DNA of 64,000 nucleotides from NCBI RefSeq assembly GCF_009914755.1, contig NC_060929.1, one strand, 5' to 3'. Shown in pieces: positions 58,723 to 64,000 of this stretch. Origin of the DNA: the human T2T-CHM13v2.0 reference genome, Homo sapiens. Under the pieces are notes generated by a model, which was not told the DNA's origin, ran no database searches, and saw only the letters and a program-made list of their open reading frames with translations. The position numbers and the translations under genes are program-made. Position 1 is the first letter of the stretch. Each line of letters opens with the position of its first letter.

Positions 58723-59075
58723 CTAACTCCCTAAGTCTGTCTGTACATTTGAGGAACTCTTCTTATCAGGCCTGAAAGGGTAGATGGAAAGGAGAAGAAA
58801 AAGGGATTATTTGAATTAAAAAATATAAAAAGATATACAGATAAACACACATACATATACTAGCAGACTCTGAGCTACATATAGACATGAAAATGGAGAT
58901 GGCATGAAATATTTATGAAAAAGAGGCAGATGTCTGGATGTGCAAAGGCTGTTGGAAAAAAAAGCTTTATAAGAAAGGGGTTGCCGCGCGCGGTAGCTCA
59001 CGCCTGTAATCCCAGCACTTTGGGAGGCCAAGGCGGGCGGATCTCGAGGTCAGGGGATCGAGACCATCCTGGCTA

Positions 59076-59327
<252 letters not shown>

Positions 59328-59399
59328 TCAGCTATGAATCTCTTCTGCCACTCTCTCTTGTTCATTAGGCGTAATGGCTATCTTTCAGTTCTGTAAAAA

Positions 59400-59762
59400 G
59401 TAAGTTTCAGGCTCAAAGCAATTATGCCACTATCCGGATGCTCTTTCTCAAAATCCTCGTATGACTGTTCCTTTTTCATCCTTTAAATCTCTGTTCAAAT
59501 TCCACCTCTTCAGAGATGCCTTTCCAGTCCAACCAACCTAAAGTGGGCCTTTCCCTCTTTCCATCACAACAGCTTACTTCCTTCAAAGCTGTTATCACCA
59601 GCTGTATTTACAATTTGTGGTTTATCGACTGTTTCCATCACTAGAATGTAAGCTCTCTGAAAGCAAGGATTTTGTCTTGAACACCTCTATTTATACCCAA
59701 TGTCTGGCACAGAACGGTAGGAACTAAATAAATTAATATTTATTGAAAGAGAGAATGAGTAG
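59400..59762 (+). mobile_element. L2 3' end
   Basis: TCTCTGTTCAAAT.CCACCTCTTCAGAGA.GCCTT..ACTAGAATGTAAGCTC..TGTCTGGCACA..AATATTTATTGAA. Confidence 0.75.
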
Positions 59763-60255
59763 CAAAAGGTGGTAAGATAGCCTGGGAAAGCAATCGGCAT
59801 TGAAGGCAGGGTGTTCCTAAGGAAGGCGCTAGAATAAGGAAGTAGGAAAAGGCAGCTGGGCTGGACACTGAATAGGAAACTGAAGGTTTACGTCGGCTGG
59901 AATAAAGGTGTCGGACCGGGGCTTCAGGGCTCCCCTGTCCACGCGTGGGGTTGGCGGAGGGGCATAAATCACTGAGTGACCAACTGTGGGCGTTCCTTTC
60001 AGAGAAACCAAACGCGACAGTTGTCTTCAAACCCCGCTCTGTCCCGTGCCGCAGACTTTACGCGGCTGTCTTCCGCGAAATCGCTAACCCCCGGTCACCA
60101 GACTTATCGCCCGGGCCCGAGCCCCCCGGGAGCCAGAAGAGTGTTTGAGAAACGGACATTCTCCGCCGGTCCCAATAGGGGTCCGACACCAGCCCGTTGA
60201 CGCGCGTTTCCCCGCTCCCAGCCCTCCAGTGGACCCGAACCGGATCCTTACTTAC

Positions 60256-60296
60256 GCTTGTCTCCGGGCTATTAGCCGATGCATGGGAGTCGCCAT
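60256..60296 (-). CDS. ZCCHC10: ZCCHC10 coding exon 1 (MATPMHRLIARRQ-A)
   Basis: AAGATGGCG start context inside the CpG island; 41 nt, then GC|GTAAGT donor at 60255. Confidence 0.96.
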
Positions 60297-60429
60297 CTTA
60301 GCGCGGTCAAAGCCGGCCGCGCAGGGTTTTGGGAAACTCCTCGGAAGGGCGGGGCTTCCAACCGGGAGGCCGTAGACGTAGGCGGGGCCAGACAGGCTTC
60401 TAAGGGGAGGTATCTTAGTGCCGGCTGGT

Positions 60430-60547
60430 GGGTCGGGAGGGGAGGGGCTGGAGGGTCGGGAGGGGAGGGGCTGGAGGGTCGGGAGGGGAGGGGCTGGAGG
60501 GGCTGGAGGGTCGGGACGGGAGGGACTGGTGGGTCGGGAGGGGCCGG
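60430..60547 (+). repeat. G-rich 23-bp tandem repeat (GGGTCGGGAGGGGAGGGGCTGGA)n
   Basis: Three perfect units (60430, 60453, 60476), a 9-bp partial, one variant unit (60508) and a partial (60531). Confidence 0.92.
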
Positions 60548-61024
60548 TGTCTCCAGTATGGGTCTCGGGTTCTCGGGCCGAACAGGGTTTCAAAGGATGA
60601 TTACAGGCAAGAACATTATCTGTGGAAAATGAGGACAACATTCTCGAACGAGGGATACACATACAAAGACAAAGAATGAAACTTTGGTGTTCAGAAAACT
60701 AGAAGTAGTCTGGAGAATAGAAAGGAATTAGTTGACCAGGATTGAGACCATCAATTGAAAGAATGACTTTAGCAAGCCATGGAGTGCAAACATATACGTT
60801 ATTTCTGTTTTTTATGTATTTCACAGCGTTGTTACGAGTACTAAATGGGACTGTATAACTAAAGCTGCTTTATCAAGCAGAAAAGGACTATACAAATATT
60901 TTAGAATATTTTAGCTGCACCTACATCTAATGTCAGCTCACGGAGCTATTATTCTCTTAAAACCCACGTTCTCTGAAATATATATAATTTTCTGAAGTGT
61001 GTGTGTGTTTCTGGGTCATCCATA

Positions 61025-63969
<2,945 letters not shown>

Positions 63970-64000
63970 TGCATTTCTTTTTTTATTAAGATAGTTCAAG

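Larger units (their letters stand above)
59890..60590 (-). promoter_or_regulatory. CpG-island promoter of ZCCHC10
   Basis: Only CpG-dense non-repeat stretch in the window; surrounds exon 1; GC boxes at ~60347 and ~60380; YY1-type CGCCATCTT at 60291-60299 overlaps the start codon; no clear TATA. Confidence 0.9.

Noticed and set aside
60297-60662. Pro-rich 136-aa ORF extending upstream of MATPMHR
   Set aside because: It runs through the C-rich strand of the promoter VNTR, upstream of the likely TSS; open by base composition

Overview
Primate (hominoid, most likely human) euchromatic DNA with extreme Alu density: more than 100 copies or fragments by eye count, roughly half the window. It contains one complete protein-coding gene, ZCCHC10, on the minus strand. 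The gene has a CpG-island promoter at ~59.9-60.6 kb, five coding exons (60296-60256, 56665-56600, 40681-40520, 33934-33893, 32611-32344; 579 nt = 192 aa, or 170 aa without exon 2) and a ~1.6-kb 3'UTR ending near 30755. From recall, this is the 5q31.1 interval between AFF4 and HSPA4; neither gene is visible in the window. The remainder is layered mobile DNA: processed pseudogenes of SNRNP27 and NDUFA4, a Y3-RNA retrocopy, a full-length SVA, a MER41B LTR with two intact GAS motifs, a fragmented hAT/Charlie-type transposase fossil, MaLR LTRs, and L1, L2, L3, MIR and Tigger remnants. Almost all ORFs in the supplied track are Alu or SVA artefacts. I found no convincing wholly new biological system. 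The best leads are the CR1/L3-derived ZCCHC10 cassette exon, the MER41B candidate interferon enhancer, an NDUFA4 retrocopy retaining ancestral residues, a G-rich promoter VNTR and several datable nested insertions. Repeat subfamily names are by eye and need RepeatMasker/Dfam confirmation.
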